This document shows, piece by piece, positions 29,161 through 38,699 of a DNA stretch of 64,000 bases; position 1 is the stretch's first letter, and every line of letters starts with the position of its first letter. Source of the DNA: an uncultured Pelagibacteraceae bacterium. GTDB taxonomy: Bacteria > Pseudomonadota > Alphaproteobacteria > Pelagibacterales > Pelagibacteraceae. The stretch is taken from assembly GCA_902608845.1 (NCBI GenBank), contig CACLPR010000001.1, forward strand, positions 19,375-83,374, read 5' to 3'. A model generated the notes under the pieces. The model saw only the letters and a program-made list of their open reading frames with translations, searched no databases and was not told the DNA's origin. The position numbers and the translations under genes were made by a program.

Positions 29161-29172
29161 AAAGCTTAATTT

Positions 29173-29209
29173 TATGGGATTACCTGCAGTAATAGCAGGT
29201 ATTCCCATA
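29173..29209 (+). terminator. Stem-loop downstream of glnA (probable terminator or stabilising hairpin)
   Basis: TATGGGATTACCTGC-agtaata-GCAGGTATTCCCATA, 15-bp stem with one mismatch; weak U tract. Confidence 0.65.
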
Positions 29210-29248
29210 TTAGAATTCTAATTTCATTCGTTTTTGTTATGAAAAGGT

Positions 29249-29386
29249 ATGATAAAAATCATATCAACATTAAAAAATATTATTAGTTATAATAAGCCTG
29301 AAATTAGAAAACCTAAGCGTAGAAAAAATAAAACTTACTCTATGAATAAAAGAGGCCAATATTGGTTTATTTCTTATTACCAATAA
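29249..29386 (+). CDS. Small basic hypothetical protein, 45 aa
   Basis: ATG at 29249 preceded by AAAAGG; MIKIISTLKNIISYNKPEIRKPKRRKNKTYSMNKRGQYWFISYYQ; the stop abuts the stop of sufA. Confidence 0.5.
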   Translation: MIKIISTLKNIISYNKPEIRKPKRRKNKTYSMNKRGQYWFISYYQ

Positions 29387-29722
29387 TTAAACTTTAAAAG
29401 ACTCTCCACAACCGCATCTTTCAGTTTCATTAGGGTTATTAAACACAAATTGAGAAGAAAATTGCTCTTTTTTATAATCCATTTCAGTTCCAAAAAGATA
29501 CATTACAGCTGCTGGGTCAATAAACACTTTTACTCCCTTATCCTCAATAACCTCATCATTAGGATTAATTTCTTTTGTGTATTCCATAATATAAGACATT
29601 CCTGCGCATCCACCTGATTTTACCCCAACTCTAACACCAATAGATCCATTTTCAGATGAAGACATAATTTCTTTTATCCTGTTTGCTGCTTGATCGCTTA
29701 TTGATATAACTTGTTTTGTCAT
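29387..29722 (-). CDS. sufA: A-type Fe-S carrier (SufA/IscA)
   Basis: GGCAG and CGCGESF. Confidence 0.9.
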   Translation of the reverse strand: MTKQVISISDQAANRIKEIMSSSENGSIGVRVGVKSGGCAGMSYIMEYTKEINPNDEVIEDKGVKVFIDPAAVMYLFGTEMDYKKEQFSSQFVFNNPNETERCGCGESFKV

Positions 29723-30015
29723 AAGTTTAATTCTAATTTTGCTGCTTCTGACATCATAGATTTATCCCATGGTGGTTCCCAAACTAAATCTAAATCTACT
29801 TTGTCAACTTCTTCTAATTGCATAATACTATCTTTAACTTCTTTAGGCAAACTTTCAGCTACTGGACAATTTGGAGTGGTAAGTGTCATTTTTACACTAA
29901 TATTTTTTTTGTCTACCGCAATATCATATATTAATCCAAGTTCGTAAATATTTACTGGTATTTCAGGATCATAAATTTTTTTTATTTCTTCAATTACTTT
30001 TTCTTTTAATTCCAT
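29719..30015 (-). CDS. sufT: SUF-system DUF59 protein SufT
   Basis: DPEIPVNIYELGL, MTLTTPNCP and PPW. Confidence 0.88.
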   Translation of the reverse strand: MELKEKVIEEIKKIYDPEIPVNIYELGLIYDIAVDKKNISVKMTLTTPNCPVAESLPKEVKDSIMQLEEVDKVDLDLVWEPPWDKSMMSEAAKLELNL

Positions 30016-30019
30016 AAAG

Positions 30020-30484
30020 TTACGACTCGGTTTTAGTGATTTCTTTTGAGTTATCCATTGCTGACGTAAGAGTGTGCCACGATAATGTCGCGCACTTAAC
30101 TCTCATTGGATATTGTTTAACACCAGATAAACACATTAATTTAGTTTTTTCGTCGTCGTTTAAGTATTCTGATTTTAAGTCTGGATTTTCTTTTATCATT
30201 CCTAAAAAGTCTTCAACTATCTCTTTAGCCTCGTGTTCATTTTTGCCTTTAATTAAATCTGTCATGATTGAAGCTGATGCCATTGAAATAGCACATCCAC
30301 TTCCCTCAAATGAAATATCCTCAACTATTTTTTGTCCATTTAATTTAAGATAAACATGAACATTGTCTCCACATAAAGGGTTATGACCTTTTGCATCTTT
30401 ATTAAACTCATGTACTTTTCCAAGATTCCTTGGATTTTTTCCATGTTCTAAAATAATTTCTTGATAAAGTTCTTTTAAGTTCAT
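30020..30484 (-). CDS. sufU: SufU (NifU-N family) sulfur acceptor
   Basis: LYQE.ILEH, NPLCGD, GSGCAIS and RVKCA. Confidence 0.88.
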   Translation of the reverse strand: MNLKELYQEIILEHGKNPRNLGKVHEFNKDAKGHNPLCGDNVHVYLKLNGQKIVEDISFEGSGCAISMASASIMTDLIKGKNEHEAKEIVEDFLGMIKENPDLKSEYLNDDEKTKLMCLSGVKQYPMRVKCATLSWHTLTSAMDNSKEITKTES

Positions 30485-31701
30485 TTTAAATTAAATATTT
30501 TTTTACAGTTATTAATGGAGTCATTTAACTTATCTAAGTCATCTTTAGTATTATAAATTCCAACTGACGCTCTTGCACTAGCAGGTATATTTAATTTGTC
30601 ATGTAATATTTGACAGCAATGATGACCTGCTCTTATTGCAACTCCGTCTTCATCAAGTATTGTTGCAATATCATGTGGATGAACACCTTCCAATGTGAAG
30701 GATAAAACTCCCCCTTTGTTTTTTGGACTACCAATTAACTTTACAGAATTATTTTTTTGTAATAGCTCTTGGCCATACTCAACTAAATCAGCTTCATGTT
30801 TCATTATATTCTCTATACCAATACTCTCCATAAACTTAATTGACTGATCAAATGCAATAACTTGAGCTGTAGCCATGGTACCAGCCTCATATTTATTTGG
30901 TAAATCACCGTAAGATATTTTATCTTTTTTGACTTCTCTAATCATTCCACCTCCACCTTGATAGGGTGGCAGTTCTTCTAACCACTTCTTTTTACCATAC
31001 AAAACACCAAGTCCAGTAGGCCCGTACATTTTATGGCATGATATTGCATAAAAATCACAATCTAAATCTTGCATATCTAATTTAAGGTGAGGAGCTCCCT
31101 GACAACCATCAATAACAACTATTATTCCTTTTGAGTGGGCAAGATTCGCTATTTCTTTAACAGGCAATATTGCACCCGTAACGTTAGACAAATGAGTAAT
31201 TGCTATTACTTTAGTTTTAGATGTTATTTTTTTTTCAATCTCCTCCAGAGAAATGTCTCCATCATCATTTACCTCTGCAAAGTTTATTTTTATATTCTTT
31301 GATTTTCTTAAGAAATGCCAAGGCACATAATTTGAATGATGTTCTAGCTCTGTGATTAAAATTTCATCACCTTCATTCAGATATTTTTGCCCTAGAGTGT
31401 TAGCTACTAAATTTAAAGCTTCTGTCGCTCCTTTAGTAAAAACTATCTCATTTTTATCTTTAGCATTAATGTATTTTTGCACAGAAGATCTTGTATTTTC
31501 ATACAAGTTTGTCGCTGCAACTGCTAAATAATGGACACTTCTTCCAACATTTGAAAACTGTTTAGTATAAAATTCATTTATTTTATCTGCTACTATCTTT
31601 GGTTTTTGAGATGAGTTCGCACTATCTAAATAGACTAAATCATTATTTTGAATTTTTTCATCAAAAATTGGAAATTCAGTTTTTATATTTTCTATTTTCA
31701 T
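30481..31701 (-). CDS. sufS: Cysteine desulfurase SufS
   Basis: YLDSA, SCHKMYGPTG and RAGHHC. Confidence 0.95.
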   Translation of the reverse strand: MKIENIKTEFPIFDEKIQNNDLVYLDSANSSQKPKIVADKINEFYTKQFSNVGRSVHYLAVAATNLYENTRSSVQKYINAKDKNEIVFTKGATEALNLVANTLGQKYLNEGDEILITELEHHSNYVPWHFLRKSKNIKINFAEVNDDGDISLEEIEKKITSKTKVIAITHLSNVTGAILPVKEIANLAHSKGIIVVIDGCQGAPHLKLDMQDLDCDFYAISCHKMYGPTGLGVLYGKKKWLEELPPYQGGGGMIREVKKDKISYGDLPNKYEAGTMATAQVIAFDQSIKFMESIGIENIMKHEADLVEYGQELLQKNNSVKLIGSPKNKGGVLSFTLEGVHPHDIATILDEDGVAIRAGHHCCQILHDKLNIPASARASVGIYNTKDDLDKLNDSINNCKKIFNLK

Positions 31702-32945
31702 TCCTTAATTCCAATCATATTTTTAATTAAATTTTTTACTTCAGGATCAGTTATTTTTTCAACAACATCTAACAAAAAACCATTTATCAAAAGTTCTCTT
31801 GATTGTTGATAATTTAATCCTCTAGACATCAAATAAAATATCGAGTCCTCATTGAGACTACCTGATGCAGAACCGTGTGAGCATTTTACATCATCTGCGT
31901 AGATTTCCAGCTCTGGTTTAGCATTAAACTCAGAGTCTTTATTTAACAATATTGCTTTACTCAGTTGATAACCATCTGTTTTTTGTGCTTTAGAGTTAAC
32001 AAATATTTTTCCTTGGTATACTGCTCTAGAACTATTCTCTAAGACACTTTTTATAAGTTGATAGCTTTTTGTATTTTCAGTTAAGTGATTTATTATTGTT
32101 CTGATTTCATGATGTTTATTATTATTTATAGAGAAAATACCATTTACAAAAGCTGATGAATATTCCCCATTTAAGTTACAATTAATTTCATTCTTACAAA
32201 AATTTGATCCTGAAGACAAAATGAATGTTTCTGAAATACTATTTTTGTCTTGCTCAATATTATTGAAAGAATACTTAATATTTTTATTTTCGAATTTATC
32301 TACTTTGTAATTTTTTAAAATAGAATTTTCTTTTAATTCAAAGTTATAAAAAATATTTAAGAAATTTTTTTCTGAAGTGTCCCTAAATAAATCAATTAAT
32401 CTTAATGAGCTATTCTCGTATAATTTAAAATTTAATCTTAAATTAATATTTTTAGACCAGATTTTAGAGTTGGTTGTATGATAGATTATAAGAGGCTTTG
32501 TTAATTGATAACCCTCTTTAACCACTATTTTAAAAGACTTGTTGGTAAAAGCACTATTTAAATCAGATAAAGAGCTATTGTTATTGAATTTATTGATAGT
32601 TTCTGACTGATCAATTATTTCTATTTGGTCTTTTTTTTCATAATCAAAATCAATTTTTTCTATTCTTCCATTAATAAATACTATTTTGTTATGCTCCAGA
32701 CCATCTACGAATGCAGAAGTATCGACTTTATTTGTAGATGTATAGTCACTATAAAAGCTTAGTTCTCCAATATTTTTTTTTATTATTTGGTTAAGATCAG
32801 AAAATTTCCAGTCTTCTTCTCGTCTATTTGGAAAACCTTTATTAATAAAATTATCTAAATAAAATTTTTTTATTTCAATATCTTTTTGAGATAAAGTTAA
32901 ATTTTTAATAGTATTATCAAAATCTTTTTGTAATTGCTCTTTCAT
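31698..32945 (-). CDS. sufD: Fe-S assembly protein SufD
   Basis: E.WKF, KPELEIYADDVKCSHG and FYLMSRG. Confidence 0.93.
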   Translation of the reverse strand: MKEQLQKDFDNTIKNLTLSQKDIEIKKFYLDNFINKGFPNRREEDWKFSDLNQIIKKNIGELSFYSDYTSTNKVDTSAFVDGLEHNKIVFINGRIEKIDFDYEKKDQIEIIDQSETINKFNNNSSLSDLNSAFTNKSFKIVVKEGYQLTKPLIIYHTTNSKIWSKNINLRLNFKLYENSSLRLIDLFRDTSEKNFLNIFYNFELKENSILKNYKVDKFENKNIKYSFNNIEQDKNSISETFILSSGSNFCKNEINCNLNGEYSSAFVNGIFSINNNKHHEIRTIINHLTENTKSYQLIKSVLENSSRAVYQGKIFVNSKAQKTDGYQLSKAILLNKDSEFNAKPELEIYADDVKCSHGSASGSLNEDSIFYLMSRGLNYQQSRELLINGFLLDVVEKITDPEVKNLIKNMIGIKE

Positions 32946-33680
32946 CTAATGAAAATTTTCATACCCCTTTTTTTCTAATTCCAAAGCTAAATCTGCACCA
33001 CCAGATTTTACAATTTTTCCATCCATTAAAACATGGACAAAATCAGGTTTAATATAATCAAGTAATCTTTGGTAATGAGTAATTATTAAAAATGAATTTT
33101 TACTATCTCTTAATGAATTGACACCATCAGCTACAATTCTTAATGCATCAATATCTAAACCTGAGTCTGTTTCATCTAAAATTGATAGTTTTGGAGCTAA
33201 TAATGACATTTGTAAAATTTCATTTTTCTTTTTCTCTCCCCCTGAAAAACCAACATTCAGTTGTCTATTTAATTTTTCCTCATCAAATTTAAGTTCTTTA
33301 GATTTTTCCTTTACTAATTTTAAAAATTCTATGGCATCGAGCTCTTTTTCACCTCTTGCTTTTCTTACTGCATTTAATGAAGTCTTTAGAAATATATTTG
33401 TATTAACACCTGGGATTTCTAATGGATATTGAAAGGCAAGAAAAATACCTTTATGAGCTCTTTCCTCTGTTTCAAGCTCAAACAAATCTTTTTCCTCAAA
33501 AAGTACTTCTCCTGAAACTTCATATCCTTTTTTACCTGACAAAATATTTGATAGAGTGCTTTTACCAGATCCATTTGGTCCCATAATAGCATGAACCTCT
33601 CCAGGATAAATATTTAAAGAAAATTCTTTTAAAATTTCTTTACTATCAATTTTTGCGTTTAATTTATTTATTTTTAACAT
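32946..33680 (-). CDS. sufC: Fe-S assembly ATPase SufC
   Basis: GPNGSGKST, FQYP, GFSGGEKK and LDETDSGLD. Confidence 0.96.
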   Translation of the reverse strand: MLKINKLNAKIDSKEILKEFSLNIYPGEVHAIMGPNGSGKSTLSNILSGKKGYEVSGEVLFEEKDLFELETEERAHKGIFLAFQYPLEIPGVNTNIFLKTSLNAVRKARGEKELDAIEFLKLVKEKSKELKFDEEKLNRQLNVGFSGGEKKKNEILQMSLLAPKLSILDETDSGLDIDALRIVADGVNSLRDSKNSFLIITHYQRLLDYIKPDFVHVLMDGKIVKSGGADLALELEKKGYENFH

Positions 33681-35122
33681 TAGCCAACACTACCTTCTAA
33701 GCTGATACCAACTAGTTTTTGGGCCTCAACAGCAAATTCCATTGGTAATTGCTGTAATACCTCTTTACAAAATCCATTAACAATTAATCCTACCGCCTCT
33801 TCAGCACTCAAACCTCTCTGTTGACAGTAATGTAATTGCTCTTCACTGATTTTTGATGTTGTTGCCTCATGAGCAATATTGGATTCTGAGTTTTTGTTTT
33901 TAATATACGGAACTGTATGCGCCCCACATTTGTTGCCCATTAATAAAGAGTCACATTGAGTATAATTATTGGAATTTGCAGCTTTTGATGAGATATCAAC
34001 TAAGCCTCTATAAGTCATATCTGAGAAACCAGCGCTAATACCTTTTGATATTATTTTACTTTTAGTATTTTTTCCTAAATGTATCATTTTAGTTCCAGTA
34101 TCTGCTTTTTGATGGTTGTTTGTAATCGCTATTGAGTAAAATTCGCCAACAGAATTATCGCCTTTTAAAATACAACTTGGATATTTCCAAGTAATGGCAG
34201 ATCCAGTTTCAACCTGCGTCCAAGAGATTTTGGAGTTTTTTCCTTTACACAATCCACGCTTTGTAACAAAATTGTAAATTCCACCTTTTCCATCTTTATC
34301 ACCAGGATACCAATTCTGCACTGTAGAATATTTTATCTCTGCATCATCTAATGCTACTAATTCTACATTTGCAGCATGTAACTGATTTTCGTCTCGCATT
34401 GGAGCTGTACAACCTTCTAAATAACTTACATAGCTTCCTTTATCAGCAACAATTAATGTTCTTTCAAACTGACCTGTGTTAGATGCATTAATTCTAAAAT
34501 ATGTTGAAAGCTCCATTGGGCAACGTACACCCTCGGGTATATACGCAAATGACCCATCAGTGAAAACTGCAGAGTTTAGTGTCGCAAAGAAATGGTCAGT
34601 TACTGGTATAACTGAACCTAAATATTTTTTTACTAATTCGGGATGATTTTGTATAGCTTCTGAAATTGGACAAAAAATAATCCCCTGTTTTGTAAGTTCT
34701 TCTCTAAATGTTGTTGCGACAGAAACAGAGTCAAATACTGCATCAACTGCTATCCCATTAAGTCTTTTTTGCTCTTGTAGTGGGATACCTAATTTTTTAT
34801 AAGTCTCCAAAAGTTTAGGATCTAAATCATCTAAATTTTTTGGTTTTTCTTTCATACTTTTAGGTGCTGAATAATAATATAAATCTTGGTAATCTATTTT
34901 TGGATATTTTGGTTTTTGCCAATCAGGTTCTTTTAACTGTTTAAATCTTTCATATGCTTTTAATCTAAAATCAAGCATCCATTGTGGTTCTTTTTTAATA
35001 GTTGAGATGAATTTTATTACATCTTCATTTAATCCCTTAGGCGCTCTAGTGTCTTCGATATCAGTTGTAAAACCGTACTTATAATCTTTTAGATTATCAA
35101 TTTCTTTTTGTCTGTTATCCAT
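33680..35122 (-). CDS. sufB: Fe-S assembly scaffold SufB
   Basis: VFDSVSV, GQFERT, EGCTAP, TWKYPSC and SLEGSVG. Confidence 0.97.
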   Translation of the reverse strand: MDNRQKEIDNLKDYKYGFTTDIEDTRAPKGLNEDVIKFISTIKKEPQWMLDFRLKAYERFKQLKEPDWQKPKYPKIDYQDLYYYSAPKSMKEKPKNLDDLDPKLLETYKKLGIPLQEQKRLNGIAVDAVFDSVSVATTFREELTKQGIIFCPISEAIQNHPELVKKYLGSVIPVTDHFFATLNSAVFTDGSFAYIPEGVRCPMELSTYFRINASNTGQFERTLIVADKGSYVSYLEGCTAPMRDENQLHAANVELVALDDAEIKYSTVQNWYPGDKDGKGGIYNFVTKRGLCKGKNSKISWTQVETGSAITWKYPSCILKGDNSVGEFYSIAITNNHQKADTGTKMIHLGKNTKSKIISKGISAGFSDMTYRGLVDISSKAANSNNYTQCDSLLMGNKCGAHTVPYIKNKNSESNIAHEATTSKISEEQLHYCQQRGLSAEEAVGLIVNGFCKEVLQQLPMEFAVEAQKLVGISLEGSVG

Positions 35123-35537
35123 TTAAAGTTCTCTTATTAATTAAATCACTTAATGTTTTTTGCTGGAAAAAATTATTTATGTAATCTTCCAGCTCATCCC
35201 ATAAGTCATGCGTAATACATTTAGAAGATTTGCCGTTGCATCCACTCTCTAAATGTTTTTCACACCCAACTGTTTTTACTTTTTCATCAACAGCAATAAA
35301 TACATCTGAAATTTTTATCTCAGATGCTTGTTTTGATAATACGTAACCACCTTTATTACCTCTAACGCTTGTAACAATTTGGTTCTTTTTTAATTTTGAA
35401 AAAAGCTGTTCCAAGTAAACAAGCGATATACCTTGTCTTAAAGATATGTCTCTTAAAGATACGGGCTCTTTTAAATTAAATTTTGCTAGATCAGCTAAAG
35501 CCATTACAGCGTATCTACCTTTACTTGATAATTTCAT
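35115..35537 (-). CDS. iscR: Rrf2-family regulator IscR
   Basis: [19 protein letters not shown]; three Cys plus THDLW. Confidence 0.88.
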   Translation of the reverse strand: MKLSSKGRYAVMALADLAKFNLKEPVSLRDISLRQGISLVYLEQLFSKLKKNQIVTSVRGNKGGYVLSKQASEIKISDVFIAVDEKVKTVGCEKHLESGCNGKSSKCITHDLWDELEDYINNFFQQKTLSDLINKRTLNG

Positions 35538-35667
35538 ATTTTCCGCAATTTATGGGTCTTATATATACCCGACTATTTTAGTCAAGATTAATTGCTATTT
35601 AAAAACTTGCATTTTGTCACTCAATTTTGATAGAAAAAACCTTATTTTTTTTTGAGATTAATAATCA

Positions 35668-36333
35668 ATGGCATCAGTAGATAATAAAATTGTAGAAATA
35701 TTTATACCAGGCCCAGCTGGAAGACTAGAAGCTAAATATTTTAAAAGTAAAAAAAACACTTCCCCAATTGCATTAGTTTTACATCCTCATCCTCAGTACG
35801 GTGGAACAATGAACAATAAAATTGTTGTCGATATATTTCAAACATTTGTCGATAATGATTTTTCAGTTTGTAGAGTGAATTTTAGAGGTGTTGGTAAAAG
35901 CGATGGTGAGTTTGATAACGGGCAAGGAGAACTCGCAGATGCAGCAGCTGCCTTAGATTGGTTAGAAAGAGAAAACTTTGATAACTCTCAATGTTGGATT
36001 TCAGGTTTTTCTTTTGGATCTTTGATAGCAATGCAATTACTAATGAGAAGACCTGAAATAAATAGGTTTGTAGTTGTCTCTCCTCAACCTAACGTTTATG
36101 ATTTTTCTTTTTTATCACCATGTCCTACATCTGGTACAATGATTTATGGAAAAAAAGATGAGCTAGTTCCTATAGAACATATAAATGATCTAAATAAAAG
36201 ACTTAGCGAACAAAAAGGTATTAAAGTTGAATTTGAGGCTGTTCAAGATGCAAACCATTTTTTCGCTAAAAGTGATCTAGCTTTAATTAAATCTCTCAAT
36301 AAATACATAAAAAAAGAAACTGCTTTATATTAA
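35668..36333 (+). CDS. Alpha/beta hydrolase (conserved partner divergent from iscR)
   Basis: GPAGRLE, HPHPQYGG, NFRGVG and GFSFG. Confidence 0.88.
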   Translation: MASVDNKIVEIFIPGPAGRLEAKYFKSKKNTSPIALVLHPHPQYGGTMNNKIVVDIFQTFVDNDFSVCRVNFRGVGKSDGEFDNGQGELADAAAALDWLERENFDNSQCWISGFSFGSLIAMQLLMRRPEINRFVVVSPQPNVYDFSFLSPCPTSGTMIYGKKDELVPIEHINDLNKRLSEQKGIKVEFEAVQDANHFFAKSDLALIKSLNKYIKKETALY

Positions 36334-37428
36334 TTAAGAATTTTTAATAATAATACCACCAACTGTTGGTGTTTTACAATTAGTAGTAGATGGAAATGAA
36401 ATAGGCAGTCCTAAGTAAGATCTAATTGCAAGGAATGCAAATGCCTGTGACTCTACAAAGTCACCATCAATACTTAAATTATCAATTGAGAAAACTTTAT
36501 TTTTAATTTTATTTTTCAATGAATTAATTAAGTATTTATTTTTTCTACCACCACCACAAACATAAATATTATTTTTTCCGATTTTTTTTGATAATAATTC
36601 AGATGTTAAATCAGTAATTGTAGTTGTTCCGTTTTCTAACGAAAGACCTTTTGCAAATGAAATATCAAAATCATTTGTATCTAGTGATCTCCTAGAATTA
36701 ATTTTACTATAATAATAGTTATCCATGTATTGATCAAAAATAAATTTATCTGTTTTTCCTTTCATTGCTAAATTTCCATCCTTGTCAAAAGATTTGTTAG
36801 AATTTTTTCTCATCCACTTGTCAATTAAGCAATTTCCTGGTCCGATATCTCTACTTGATATTATAAAATCTTTATCAATTTCAGTAATGTTTGCTATACC
36901 CCCAATATTTAATATTGAAATAGGGATTTTAACTTTACTTTCTTTTAACAAGGTTTTTATAAGTGCAAGGTGGTAAATTGGAGCTAAAGGTGCTCCCTCT
37001 CCCCCATTTTTGATGTCGTTTTGTCTAAAATCATAAACTACAGTTTTATTAGTTTTTCTTGATAAAATATTACCTAAACCAATTTGTTTAGAAATCTTTT
37101 CATCTGAATTATGATAAATAGTATGACCATGAAAACCTATAAGATCATAATTAATTTGTTTGGATATTTTAATTGCAATATCGACATGGAAGTCTGTGAT
37201 TTCTCTCTCTAATTCTTCAATATTAGAGGAATATTTTAGCAGATCTTGCATTTTTAAAATGTTTTCTTTTAATCTATGAATTTTAATTGAAAGCTTTGAT
37301 GGATAAGTATCAAATCTATTATATTTGATAATAATACTGTCCTTACCATCAGAGCTTATAACTGAAGAATCTACTCCATCGCCTGATGTACCACTCATGA
37401 ACCCAAGTGCCAATAAATTTTTTTCCAT
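36334..37428 (-). CDS. anmK: Anhydro-N-acetylmuramic acid kinase
   Basis: MSGTS.DGVD, GFHGHT, GGEGAPL, NIGGIAN and ESQAFAFLA. Confidence 0.93.
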   Translation of the reverse strand: MEKNLLALGFMSGTSGDGVDSSVISSDGKDSIIIKYNRFDTYPSKLSIKIHRLKENILKMQDLLKYSSNIEELEREITDFHVDIAIKISKQINYDLIGFHGHTIYHNSDEKISKQIGLGNILSRKTNKTVVYDFRQNDIKNGGEGAPLAPIYHLALIKTLLKESKVKIPISILNIGGIANITEIDKDFIISSRDIGPGNCLIDKWMRKNSNKSFDKDGNLAMKGKTDKFIFDQYMDNYYYSKINSRRSLDTNDFDISFAKGLSLENGTTTITDLTSELLSKKIGKNNIYVCGGGRKNKYLINSLKNKIKNKVFSIDNLSIDGDFVESQAFAFLAIRSYLGLPISFPSTTNCKTPTVGGIIIKNS

Positions 37429-37475
37429 TCTTATTTTTTTTTATTAAAATATGTATATTGTACGACTATAGACCT

Positions 37476-38699
37476 ATGAATAATTTTTTAAAAGAATTTA
37501 AAGGAAGAGGATACTATTATCAATGTACCAATGAATTGGAATTATCAAATTTATTAAATAAAGAAAGTACTAATGCTTATATTGGGTTTGATAGTACTGC
37601 TCCAAGTCTTCATGTAGGTAGTTTATTACAAATAATGTGTCTTAGGCTTTTACAAAAACATGGTCATAGACCAATTGTTCTTTTAGGTGGAGGAACAACA
37701 AGAATAGGAGATCCATCAGGAAAAGAAGAAACTAGAAAAATATTATCTGAAAAACAGATAGAGAGTAATATTAATAATATAAAAAAAATTTTTAAAATTT
37801 TTCTCAAAACAAATAATCCAAAATTAAAGCCTTTATTTGTTAATAATTATAAATGGTTAAGCAAACTTAACTATATAAATTTTTTAAGAGATATAGGAAG
37901 ACATTTTACAATCAATAAAATGTTAACATTTGATAGTGTAAAATTAAGATTAGAAAGAGAACAATCATTAAGTTACATGGAATTTAATTATATGATTCTA
38001 CAAGCATATGATTTTTTTGAGCTTAATAAATCAAAGAAGTGTAGCCTACAAATTGGTGGGTCAGATCAATGGGGCAATATTGTAAATGGAGTTGAGCTTA
38101 TTAAAAGAGAGACTGGAAATCATGTATATGGCCTAACTACACCACTTATAACTTTAGCATCAGGTGCTAAAATGGGTAAAACTGAAAAAGGTGCAATATG
38201 GCTTAATAAAAATATGCTATCACCATATGATTACTGGCAGTTTTGGAGAAACACGGATGATCGTGATGTATTAAAGTTTTTAAAAATGTTCACTGATTTA
38301 TCTTTAGATAAAATAAATAATTTAAAAGATAAAAATATCAATGAATTGAAAATTTTACTCGCCAATAGTACAACTGAAATGCTTCATGGGAAAAAAGAAG
38401 CTGAAAATTCTGCTAAACTTGCTCAAAATACCTTCAAAGAAAACTCTACAGGTGAAAATCTTCCAGGAATTAAAGTCAAAAATGACATTCTTTCAAAAAA
38501 TATTATAGAGCTTATTTCATTTGTTAGTAAAGATATTTCAAAATCTGAAATAAGAAGATTGATTAAATCAAACGCTATTAAAATAGATAATAAAAATATT
38601 CAGGATGAAAAATATATTGTTGACCCTATCTTGTTCTCCGACAAAGGTTTTGTAAAGTTGTCTATAGGAAAGAAAAAGCACTTTAAAATTACAGTTTAA
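37476..38699 (+). CDS. tyrS: Tyrosine--tRNA ligase
   Basis: HVGS, QIGGSDQWGN, KMGKT and an S4 C-terminus; start set at the ATG at 37476. Confidence 0.96.
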   Translation: MNNFLKEFKGRGYYYQCTNELELSNLLNKESTNAYIGFDSTAPSLHVGSLLQIMCLRLLQKHGHRPIVLLGGGTTRIGDPSGKEETRKILSEKQIESNINNIKKIFKIFLKTNNPKLKPLFVNNYKWLSKLNYINFLRDIGRHFTINKMLTFDSVKLRLEREQSLSYMEFNYMILQAYDFFELNKSKKCSLQIGGSDQWGNIVNGVELIKRETGNHVYGLTTPLITLASGAKMGKTEKGAIWLNKNMLSPYDYWQFWRNTDDRDVLKFLKMFTDLSLDKINNLKDKNINELKILLANSTTEMLHGKKEAENSAKLAQNTFKENSTGENLPGIKVKNDILSKNIIELISFVSKDISKSEIRRLIKSNAIKIDNKNIQDEKYIVDPILFSDKGFVKLSIGKKKHFKITV

